Assembly: GCA_009841015.1 (NCBI GenBank)
Contig: VXMQ01000109.1
Location: 1,767-65,766 of the forward strand
Source: Candidatus Palauibacter denitrificans
GTDB lineage: Bacteria; Gemmatimonadota; Gemmatimonadetes; Palauibacterales; Palauibacteraceae
Direction: 5' to 3'
Length of the DNA: 64,000 nt
The translations under genes were made by a program, and so were the position numbers. Under the pieces are notes generated by a model. That model did no database searches, had not been told where the DNA came from, and saw nothing but the letters and a program-made list of their open reading frames with translations. This document shows positions 8,985-16,936 of the stretch, piece after piece. Positions within the stretch are counted from its first letter, which is position 1. Each line of letters starts with the position of its first letter.

Positions 8985-9491
8985 TCACGGCCACCGGACA
9001 TCGTCGCGTCTCGCGAGCCCGGGCTCGTCGCGGAAGCGGGCCGCGATTTCGCCCAGGGTGATTCCGAGGCCGGGATGCCGGAACTCAGGCGCCACATCCG
9101 CGAGGGGCACCGCCAGATGCGCCCTCGTCGGGATCTCCGGGTCGGGGAGTTGCAGCTCTTCCAGATCGACGACCAGACCCTGTACGGCCGCGATGTCGAT
9201 GTCGATCGTGCGGGGGGCGTTGGGGTCGGCGGTTCGGACACGTCCCAGGCGGCGCTCCAGCGGCCGGATGACCTCGAACTTCAGTTCTCCCGGGGAGAGG
9301 TCGGTCGTGATGCGCACGGCCGCGTTCAGGAAGCGGGGCATCCCGGGGTTCCCGACCGGGTCCGCTTCGTAGATGGGCGAGGCGCCCTCGATGCCCAGCA
9401 GTTCGTCGAGCGCCTCGAGCGCCGCGACGATGTTCCGCTCGGGATCGATGTTCGAGCCCAGCGTGAGGAGGATGGCCCGGGAGGCGTTCAC
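8985..9491 (-). CDS. folK: 2-amino-4-hydroxy-6-hydroxymethyldihydropteridine pyrophosphokinase (HPPK)
   Basis: 168 aa. N-terminal LTLGSNIDPE and RTIDIDIA motifs are characteristic of HPPK. The GTG start overlaps the folB stop (GTGA). Confidence 0.85.
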   Translation of the reverse strand: MNASRAILLTLGSNIDPERNIVAALEALDELLGIEGASPIYEADPVGNPGMPRFLNAAVRITTDLSPGELKFEVIRPLERRLGRVRTADPNAPRTIDIDIAAVQGLVVDLEELQLPDPEIPTRAHLAVPLADVAPEFRHPGLGITLGEIAARFRDEPGLARRDDVRWP

Positions 9492-9856
9492 GCGTAGTCC
9501 GCCGCCGTCCGTTCGACCTCGACCCCCACCGAGCGCGCGTAGCGCAGCGCGCCGGGCTTCTCCACGCGGACCCTGGCCCGCGCCGCGCCGAAATCGACGA
9601 TCGCGATCCGGGCGATCTGGTGCGCAAGTGCCTCCACGAGATACGGCTCGGCCGTTTCGACGTGCCCGATGATCCGCTTCGTCAGCGTCCGGTAGTTCAG
9701 CACATCCGCGACGTCGTCGGATTCGCCCGCGGCCCGGGCGTCCACCGAGAGGGACAGGTTGATCACGATGTCCTGCTTCTTCTCGCGTTCCCAGTCGTTG
9801 ACTCCGATGATCCCCCGGATGAGGAGGTCGCGGATGATGACCGTATCCGATGCCAT
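9488..9856 (-). CDS. folB: Dihydroneopterin aldolase
   Basis: 122 aa from the internal ATG (MASDTVIIRDLLIRGIIGVNDWEREKKQDIVINLSL...), matching the FolB fold and motifs. The N-terminal 230 codons of ORF 9488..10555 are Arg/Gly-rich shadow. The start overlaps the upstream SDR stop by 1 nt (TGATG). Confidence 0.85.
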   Translation of the reverse strand: MASDTVIIRDLLIRGIIGVNDWEREKKQDIVINLSLSVDARAAGESDDVADVLNYRTLTKRIIGHVETAEPYLVEALAHQIARIAIVDFGAARARVRVEKPGALRYARSVGVEVERTAADYA

Positions 9857-10641
9857 CAGCGCGCCCCTCCCGTCAGCAGGTGTTCGCCGCCATCCACGTG
9901 AATCGTCGCTCCCGTCACATAATCGTTCTCGGCCAGGAACCGCGCCGCGTGCGCCACGTACTCCGGATCGCCCGTCCGCCCGAGCGGGACCCTCCGCCCC
10001 TTCTCCCGCCAGGCCGCGCCCTCCGCCGTCTCGCCGGGAGGCGGAAGAATCGGGCCGGGCACGATCGCGTTCGCGCGCACCTCCGCGCCCAGTTCGCGGG
10101 CCGTCAGCGCCGTCAGGTGCAGGAGTCCGGCCTTGCTGACTCCGTGCGGCGCAAACCCCTTCCAGGCGGCGAGCGCCGACATGTCCGACATGTTGATTAT
10201 GACGCCGGGCGCCCGAGGTTCCCTCCGGCTTCCGCGCCGCTCGGGCACGGCGCGCATTCGGACGGCGGCCCGCTGCGTCATCAGGAAGGGAGCGCGCAGG
10301 TTGAGCGCCAGTGCGGCGTCCCACTCGGCGACCGTCGTTTCGGCGAACGGAGTACGGTCGAAGCTCGCGGCGGAGTTCACGAGGATGTCGAGGCGCCCGA
10401 ACGCCGCGTCGAACGCCTCGAACAGGTCGTCGATCTGTTCCGGGCGCGAGAGGTCCGCCGCGGCCGTCGCCGCGCGGCGCCCCAGGGCCCGCACCTCGCT
10501 GGCGGTGCGGTCGGCCGCCTCGGCCGAGCTCCGGTAGTGGATGAAGACATCGCACCCCGCCTCGGCCAGGCCCAGCGACAGCGCGCGGCCCAGCCGGCGC
10601 GCGCCCCCCGTCACGAGTGCGACGGCACCCTCGAGTTTCAC
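9856..10641 (-). CDS. Short-chain dehydrogenase/reductase (SDR); pteridine reductase/FolM-like by context
   Basis: 261 aa from an internal GTG (VKLEGAVALVTGGARRLGRALSL...) with GGAGAGG upstream. It has the TGGxxxxG NAD(P)-binding motif, NSAAS, and the catalytic Y/K region (HGVSKAGLLHLT). It sits directly upstream of folB-folK in the same operon. Confidence 0.8.
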   Translation of the reverse strand: MKLEGAVALVTGGARRLGRALSLGLAEAGCDVFIHYRSSAEAADRTASEVRALGRRAATAAADLSRPEQIDDLFEAFDAAFGRLDILVNSAASFDRTPFAETTVAEWDAALALNLRAPFLMTQRAAVRMRAVPERRGSRREPRAPGVIINMSDMSALAAWKGFAPHGVSKAGLLHLTALTARELGAEVRANAIVPGPILPPPGETAEGAAWREKGRRVPLGRTGDPEYVAHAARFLAENDYVTGATIHVDGGEHLLTGGAR

Positions 10642-10802
10642 GGCACCTCTCCGTTCACGAGCGTCTCCCCGGCAGCCCCACGCCGGCGGAGCCGGGAATG
10701 TACAAGGTTCGAGAACGGATGGGGCGTTGCACGCACGGACGCCGCGCGCCCCATTGCGGTACCACCCGCGTCGGGCGAGGGGATGCAACCCGGAGGAGAC
10801 GC

Positions 10803-11795
10803 GTGAAAGCGATCTGGTACGAGCGGACCGGCCCCGCGCCGGACGTGCTCCAATTCGGGCGGCGGGACGCGCCCGTGCCCGAAGCCGGAGAGGTCCGGGT
10901 GCGGCTGGCCGCCTCGGGAGTGAATCCATCGGACACCAAGCGGCGGGCCGGCTGGATCGGCCTGTCGATGCCTCACCCGCGCATCGTACCGCACTCCGAT
11001 GGGGCGGGGACGATCGATGCGGTGGGGGCAGGGGTGGACCGGGCCCGCGTCGGCGAGCGCGTCTGGCTGTGGAACGCCCAGGGCGGCGGCCGTCCGTTCG
11101 GCACTGCGGCGGAGTACACGGCGGTGCCGGCCGCGCAGGCCGTGCCGTTGCCGGACGGCGCATCCTTCGCGGACGGAGCGGGGCTCGGAGTGCCGGGCTG
11201 CACCGCGCACTACGCCGTGTACGGGGACGGGCCGGTGGGCGGCAAGCGGATCCTCGTGCAGGGCGGCGCCGGGGCCGTCGGCCACCTGGCGGTGCAGCTT
11301 GCCACGCTGGGAGGCGCCGACGTCATCGCCACGGTGAGCGGCGCCGCCAAGGCGGAGGTCGCGCGGGGCGGCGGCGTGCGGCACGCGATCGACTACCGGC
11401 GGGAGGACGTCGCCGGCCGGGTGCTCGACCTCACCGATGGGGAGGGCGTGGACCGCGTCGTCGAGGTGGACCTCGCCGCGAACCTCGAGACGGATGTCGC
11501 GGTCCTGCGGGAGAACGGGACGATCGCGTCGTACTCGTCAACCTCCGGCCCGGAACTGCCGCTCGCCTACTATCCGCTCGCCTTCAAGGACCTACGCATA
11601 CATTTTGTGCAGGGCTACCTGCTCCCGCCCGCCGCCCGCCGCGCTGCGGTCCGGGACCTCACCACCTGGCTCGCGGCCGGACAACTCGACGTGCGGATCG
11701 CCGCCACGTTCCCTCTCGCGGAGACGGCATCCGCCCACGAGGCCCTCGAGTCCGGCCGCGCGGACGGAAAGATCCTCGTCGAGATCCCGCTGTAG
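10803..11795 (+). CDS. NADPH:quinone oxidoreductase / zinc-binding alcohol dehydrogenase family (MDR) protein
   Basis: 330 aa from a GTG with GGAGGAG SD (VKAIWYERTGPAPDVLQFG...). Cofactor-binding GxGxxG (LVQGGAGAVGHLAVQLA). The upstream part of the listed ORF overlaps the SDR gene on the other strand. Confidence 0.8.
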   Translation: MKAIWYERTGPAPDVLQFGRRDAPVPEAGEVRVRLAASGVNPSDTKRRAGWIGLSMPHPRIVPHSDGAGTIDAVGAGVDRARVGERVWLWNAQGGGRPFGTAAEYTAVPAAQAVPLPDGASFADGAGLGVPGCTAHYAVYGDGPVGGKRILVQGGAGAVGHLAVQLATLGGADVIATVSGAAKAEVARGGGVRHAIDYRREDVAGRVLDLTDGEGVDRVVEVDLAANLETDVAVLRENGTIASYSSTSGPELPLAYYPLAFKDLRIHFVQGYLLPPAARRAAVRDLTTWLAAGQLDVRIAATFPLAETASAHEALESGRADGKILVEIPL

Positions 11796-11819
11796 TCGCC
11801 AGCCGACGAAGGGGTCGCG

Positions 11820-13493
11820 CTACTGCACCCGTTCGAAGCGCAGGTCCCAGACGCGTCCCTGACTCAGGCTCGCCTGCGTGACCCGGCCGGTCTCGTCGCG
11901 CCGGAAGATGAACGTGCTGCCTCCCTGCCTGAACGCATCGGGATAGACCGGCTCCAGCGACGGTCCGTCCCCGTACCGGTCCCTCAGCACGAGCCCGCCG
12001 TCTTCGACCTCGACCCAGTACGTCACTTCCGCCTCGTCGCTGTGGTAGGCGCCCACGTAGGCGGCCAGGTCCGACGCGGTGGGCTCGAATCCCTCCACCG
12101 GTTCGATCCTCACGTCGTCCGCTACCGGCGTGTCCATGGTGGCCCCCGGCCTCGCTCCGTCACCGGTCGCCGCGTCGAAGACGATGGACACGCCCGCCGG
12201 GGAGGCGAACTCGGTCTCGCTCAGGGCGGCGAGGGACATCCCGCCGGGCCCCGCTCCCATGCGCAGCGAGGCGCCGTCCGCCGTCAACTCCATGAACTGG
12301 CCCGTGCGGGTGTCGCGATATCCGCCCGCGAACGCGGCGACGCGGGCTGGATCGACGTCCGCCCCCGCCGGATCCTCCGACGCCTCCTCGTCGATGGCGT
12401 CGCCGAGGTAGAGTTCGGCCACCGCGCGGGCGAGCCCGCCGGGGTTGGCCTCGCCCACGTTACACATCACCGACACCGCGAGCCCGTGGTCGGGGAAGCG
12501 GGTGAGGAAGCCGCGGTACGCCGCGGTGCCTCCCGAATGCTGGACCTCGCGCACGCCCTTGTACTCGCCGACGAAGAGCCCGCCCGCGTAGCTGATCTGC
12601 CGCCCGGAGTCGAGCATCCCCTGCTCATGCATGAGCCGGATGAACTCGGGCCCGCCGACCTCGCCCGTGTCGAGGTTGCGCGTGAACCTGAGGAGGTCGC
12701 CGACGGTCGTGAGCAGGCCACCGTTCCCGTGCACGTTCTCGAACGGCATCAGCATGTGCCATTCGCCGTCGTCGCCGCGCCGGTATCCGATCGAGCGCTC
12801 CTCGACGATCTCGGTGAAATCGTCCCGCCACTGCGTCTTCGTCATGCCGAGGGGGCGGAAGATCCGCTCCTGCGAGAACTCGTCAAACGTCTGTCCGGTC
12901 ACCCGCTCCACGAGCATCGCTTGGAGGTTGTATCCCGTGTTCGTGTAGGAGTAATAGCGGCCCGGCTCGTAGTTGAGGGCGCGCTGGCGGCTCGCGATGT
13001 CGAGCGCGTGCTTGTGCGTGTGGATCCGGGTCGTCCGCGCCCAGCCGTGGATGCCGGCGACCGACCCCCAGTCGCGGAGCCCGCTCGTGTGATGGATGAG
13101 CATCCGCACCGTGATGGGCTCGCCGTAGTCGGGCATCTCCGGGAAGTACTCCCGGATGTCGTCGTCGAGGTCGATACTTCCGTCCAGCGCGAGCAGGATC
13201 GTGGCCGCCGCGGTGAACTGCTTCGAGACCGAGCCCGGCTCGAACACCGTCTCGGGCGTGTTCGGCAGGTCCCACTCGAGGTTCGCCATGCCGTAGGCGC
13301 GGGCCATGACCTGCTGCCCATCCCGCGAGACCGCGAAGGCGCACCCGGGGCCGTCCGAAGCGCTGTAGTCCGCGAATACGGCGTCGAGCGCCCCGAGTTC
13401 GACGGCCCCCGCGGACGAATCGTCGCCGCCTGTGTCCGCGCAGGCGATTCCCGCGGCGAGGGGAAGGATGATGGTCCAGAGTCGTGTCTTCAT
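11820..13493 (-). CDS. Serine hydrolase, beta-lactamase/transpeptidase fold (class-C beta-lactamase / esterase family), lipoprotein
   Basis: 557 aa. Lipobox LAAGIAC, the S-x-x-K active-site motif (GSVSKQFT), YxN-like YSYTNTGYN, and HSGG. It is a tandem paralog of 13662..15335. Confidence 0.85.
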   Translation of the reverse strand: MKTRLWTIILPLAAGIACADTGGDDSSAGAVELGALDAVFADYSASDGPGCAFAVSRDGQQVMARAYGMANLEWDLPNTPETVFEPGSVSKQFTAAATILLALDGSIDLDDDIREYFPEMPDYGEPITVRMLIHHTSGLRDWGSVAGIHGWARTTRIHTHKHALDIASRQRALNYEPGRYYSYTNTGYNLQAMLVERVTGQTFDEFSQERIFRPLGMTKTQWRDDFTEIVEERSIGYRRGDDGEWHMLMPFENVHGNGGLLTTVGDLLRFTRNLDTGEVGGPEFIRLMHEQGMLDSGRQISYAGGLFVGEYKGVREVQHSGGTAAYRGFLTRFPDHGLAVSVMCNVGEANPGGLARAVAELYLGDAIDEEASEDPAGADVDPARVAAFAGGYRDTRTGQFMELTADGASLRMGAGPGGMSLAALSETEFASPAGVSIVFDAATGDGARPGATMDTPVADDVRIEPVEGFEPTASDLAAYVGAYHSDEAEVTYWVEVEDGGLVLRDRYGDGPSLEPVYPDAFRQGGSTFIFRRDETGRVTQASLSQGRVWDLRFERVQ

Positions 13494-13661
13494 CGTCTTC
13501 CTCCTGACTGAATGGCGGCACGCACAGTTTCGTCGCCGGCCGCAGCCGTCCGCGCAGCCGGAAGTGCAATGTCGGCACCCGCACCCGCCCCGTCGAGATC
13601 CGGCGTCGAGCCGCGCCCGCGCACGAGGCGGGCGCCGCCGGCCGCGGCACCCCGTCCCGGT

Positions 13662-15335
13662 CTATTCCACTCGCTCGAAGCGGAGGTCCCAGACCCGTCC
13701 CTCGCTCAGACTTGCCTGCGAAACCCGGCCGGTCTCGTCGCGTCGGAAGATGAACGTGCGGGACTCCTGGCTGAACGCATCGGGATACAGCGGTTCAAGC
13801 GCGGCGCCGTCCCCGTACCGATCCCGAAACATGAGCCGCCCGTCCTCGACCTCGAACCAGTACGTCACTTCGGCTTCATCGCTGCGGTAGGCTCCCACGT
13901 ATGCGGCCAGGTCGGTCGCCGTCGGCTCAAACGGGCCGACGGGCTCGATCCGCACTCCGTCCGCGGCGGGCATGTCCATGACGCCGGGAGGACGTTCGCC
14001 CGCGCTCGCGGGACCCTCGAACGCGATGGATACGCCCGTGGCCGAGGCGAACCCGGTTTCGCTGGTGGCCGCGAGCGGCGGCCCGCCGGGTCCTCCGCCC
14101 ATGAGCAGAGATGAACCGTCCGCGGTCAGCTCCAGATACTGTCCCGTTCGCGTATCCCGATATCCGCCGGCGAAGGCGGCGACGTCCGCGGGATCGACAT
14201 CCACCCCTGTCGCATCGGCCCGAGGCTCCTCGGCCATCGCGTCCGCGAGGTAGAGTTCCGCCACCTGGCGGACGAGTCCGCGCGAGTCGGCTTCGGCCAC
14301 GTTGCACATCAGGGACACCGCCACACCGTGATCCGGATAGCGTGTGAGGAAAGCCCGGTACGCGGCCGTCGAACCGCCGTGCGAGACCTCGCGCACGCCC
14401 TTGTATTCTCCCACGCGCAGCCCGCCCGCATAGCCGGTCTTCCACCCCGAGTCGAGCGTGCCCTCCTCGTGCATGAGACGGACGAATTCCGGCCCGCCGA
14501 CCTCGCCCGTATCCAGATTATGTGTGAAGCGGAGGAGGTCCCCCACGGTCGTGAGCAGACCGCCGTTGCCGTGGACGTTCTCGAACGGCATCAGCATGTG
14601 CCATTCGCCGTCCTCGCCGCGCCGGTAACCGATGGAGCGCTCGTCCACGATCTCGGTGAAATCGTCCCGCGACTGCGTCTTCGTCATCCCGAGGGGGCGA
14701 AAGATCCGCTCCTGCGAGAACTCGTCGAAGGTCTGGCCCGTCACCCGCTCGATGAGCATCGCCTGGAGGTTGTATCCGGTATTCGTGTACGAGTAGTAGC
14801 GGCCCGGCTCGTAGTTCAGGGCGCGCTGGCGGCTCGCGATGTCGAGCGCGTGCTTGTGCGAGTGGACCCGGCTCCAGCGCGGCCAGCCCTGGATGGCGGC
14901 GACCGAACCCCAGTCGCGAAGCCCGCTCGTATGGTGGATCAGCATCCGCACGGTGACGGCTTCGCCGTAGTCGGGCATCTCGGGGAAGTACTCCCGGATG
15001 TCGTCGTCGAGATCGATCCGTCCATCCAGGGCGAGCAGAATCGTGGCCGCGGCGGTGAACTGCTTCGAGACGGAGCCCGGCTCGAACACGGTTTCCGGAG
15101 TGTTCGGGATGTGCCACTCCAGATCCGCCATGCCGTACGCGCGGGCCATGACCTGCTGCCCGTCCCGCGAGACGGCGAATGCGCACCCGGGGCCGTCCGA
15201 AGCGCTGTAATCCGCAAAGACCGCATCGAGCGCCGCCAGTTCGACGGCCCCCGGGGACGAATCGTCCCGACTCGCGTCCGCGCAGGCGAGGCCCGCGGCG
15301 AGGGGAAGGATGAGGGTCGCGAGCCGTGTCTTCAT
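13662..15335 (-). CDS. Serine hydrolase, beta-lactamase/transpeptidase fold; tandem paralog of 11820..13493
   Basis: MKTRLATLILPLAAGLACAD..., same GSVSKQFT motif, about 85% identical to the downstream copy. The ORF-track start at 15368 adds 11 codons; I prefer the ATG at 15335, by homology with its paralog. Confidence 0.85.
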   Translation of the reverse strand: MKTRLATLILPLAAGLACADASRDDSSPGAVELAALDAVFADYSASDGPGCAFAVSRDGQQVMARAYGMADLEWHIPNTPETVFEPGSVSKQFTAAATILLALDGRIDLDDDIREYFPEMPDYGEAVTVRMLIHHTSGLRDWGSVAAIQGWPRWSRVHSHKHALDIASRQRALNYEPGRYYSYTNTGYNLQAMLIERVTGQTFDEFSQERIFRPLGMTKTQSRDDFTEIVDERSIGYRRGEDGEWHMLMPFENVHGNGGLLTTVGDLLRFTHNLDTGEVGGPEFVRLMHEEGTLDSGWKTGYAGGLRVGEYKGVREVSHGGSTAAYRAFLTRYPDHGVAVSLMCNVAEADSRGLVRQVAELYLADAMAEEPRADATGVDVDPADVAAFAGGYRDTRTGQYLELTADGSSLLMGGGPGGPPLAATSETGFASATGVSIAFEGPASAGERPPGVMDMPAADGVRIEPVGPFEPTATDLAAYVGAYRSDEAEVTYWFEVEDGRLMFRDRYGDGAALEPLYPDAFSQESRTFIFRRDETGRVSQASLSEGRVWDLRFERVE

Positions 15336-15377
15336 CGTTTTTCTCCTGACGAGATTCCGAAACGCCATTTCATGTCG

Positions 15378-16799
15378 CTATGCCGTCGGTGCCGCGGCCA
15401 GAATGCGCGCCGGATCGAGGGCGCGTCCGGCGCGCACGACGGTCCGGATGCGTCTCGTGTTGCGGATGTCCTCGAGCGGGTCCGCTTCGAGGAGCACGAG
15501 ATCGGCCTCGAGCCCGGCCTCGACGGCGCCGCGGTTCTCCTCCTCGTTCAGGATCCGCGCGTTCTCGAGCGTGGCGGCGGACAGGACTTCCCGCGCCAGC
15601 ATGCCGGCTTCGACGAGAAACTCCATCTCGTGGTGCAGCGAGGCGCCCGGCGCGACCTGCGGTTCCGGGGCGTCGGTCCCGACGAGCAACTGCACGCCGG
15701 CTTCATGCAGCATGCTGGTGAGCCGCAGGTATTTCTCCCACGTCCCCTCGCGCACCGAGACAGGCGCCGCACCCCAGTCCAGGCTTCGGCGCTCCCGGTC
15801 CTTGTCCCAGAACGCCTTGAGCCGGGCCGGCATGGAGTCGTGGTCGGGGTGTCCGTAGACCTCGGGGAGGTCCATGAAGAGAAGCGTGCCCCAGAAGACC
15901 ATCAGCGTGGGGTCGACGCGCGCGCCGTGTTCGGCGATGACGTCGATAAGGCGGCGCGCCTCGTCCGAGTCGAGGTTGATCGAATGGCGGTCGTCGGGGT
16001 CGTCAAGGAGGAAGTTGGACACCGTGTAGATGTGCTCGACGCAGTCGAGCCCGTCGCGGACGGCGTCCGCCGTGTGATAGTCGAGGAGGTGTCCGCTCAC
16101 GACGAGACCGTGTTCGTGGCCGGCCTCGATCACGCGGCGCCCGACCTCGCGCCCGGTCCCGACATAGATCTTGAGCGTCTTCACGCCCCACGCCGCCATG
16201 TCCGCCACGAAGGGATCCACGTCGGCGGGAGTCGCCAGGTACCAGCCGACGTCGGGATGCCAGGGCGGGTTGCCGTCGATGAGGAAGCTGCAGCGGAAGA
16301 CGTTGGGAGAGATGTCCGGGTGGTCGTCGGCGTAGCGCTCGATTAGGCGCTGGGCCGGGACGTTGTCTCCCGTGCTCCGGATGGAGGTCACCCCGTGCCC
16401 GAGGTAGAAGGGCAGGACCTCGTCGCCGGTCATGTGCGACTGGTAGAGGATGTGGGTGACGTGAACGTGCGCGTCGATGAGTCCGGGGAGGACGAAGAGG
16501 CCGGTGCCGTCGATTCGCGCCGCGCCCGCGGCGGCGTCGGAGTCGGCGTTCAGTTCACCCGCGGGGGCGACAGCTTCGATACGGCCGGCCCGGACGAGGA
16601 TGCTCGTGTCTGGACGCATGGCGCCGGACCGGACATCGAAGACGCTGGCCCGGTCGATGAGCAGCGCGCGATCCGGCACCTCGTCGGCCGCGTCGCCGGT
16701 TGCCGACGCTCGGGTCGCCGGCCGGCCCTCCCCGCCGCAGCCGAAGGCGATCCCGGCGCCGGTCAGCGCGGCGCCCCGCACGAAGTCGCGGCGGTCCAT
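15378..16799 (-). CDS. Amidohydrolase-family metal-dependent hydrolase with Tat signal peptide
   Basis: Twin-arginine motif MDRRDFVRGAALTGAGIAFG. Metal-binding HxH (LIDAHVHVTH) and the later H/D residues of the amidohydrolase fold. An alternative start at 16847 would give 489 aa. Confidence 0.8.
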   Translation of the reverse strand: MDRRDFVRGAALTGAGIAFGCGGEGRPATRASATGDAADEVPDRALLIDRASVFDVRSGAMRPDTSILVRAGRIEAVAPAGELNADSDAAAGAARIDGTGLFVLPGLIDAHVHVTHILYQSHMTGDEVLPFYLGHGVTSIRSTGDNVPAQRLIERYADDHPDISPNVFRCSFLIDGNPPWHPDVGWYLATPADVDPFVADMAAWGVKTLKIYVGTGREVGRRVIEAGHEHGLVVSGHLLDYHTADAVRDGLDCVEHIYTVSNFLLDDPDDRHSINLDSDEARRLIDVIAEHGARVDPTLMVFWGTLLFMDLPEVYGHPDHDSMPARLKAFWDKDRERRSLDWGAAPVSVREGTWEKYLRLTSMLHEAGVQLLVGTDAPEPQVAPGASLHHEMEFLVEAGMLAREVLSAATLENARILNEEENRGAVEAGLEADLVLLEADPLEDIRNTRRIRTVVRAGRALDPARILAAAPTA

Positions 16800-16936
16800 G
16801 GCGGCCACGGGCGGCTGCGCGGGGGCGAGGCGGCGAGGGAGGGTCATTTCTGAGGATCGTCCGCGGCCCTCGGCGACGTCAAGCAGGGCACGGCCCGTGG
16901 GGCGTTGATAGCGCGTTGCGTTCGCGGCGATAGGTT

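Noticed and set aside
13494-13661. Intergenic region between the tandem paralogs as a possible mobile-element junction
   Set aside because: It is simply the diverged duplicated 5' leader and 3' flank of the repeat unit. There are no inverted repeats or target-site duplications.
12042-16346. Long plus-strand ORFs (12042..13511, 14328..16346) antisense to the tandem beta-lactamase-fold genes and the amidohydrolase
   Set aside because: These are shadow ORFs; the opposite strand carries the lipobox, SxxK and HxH motifs.
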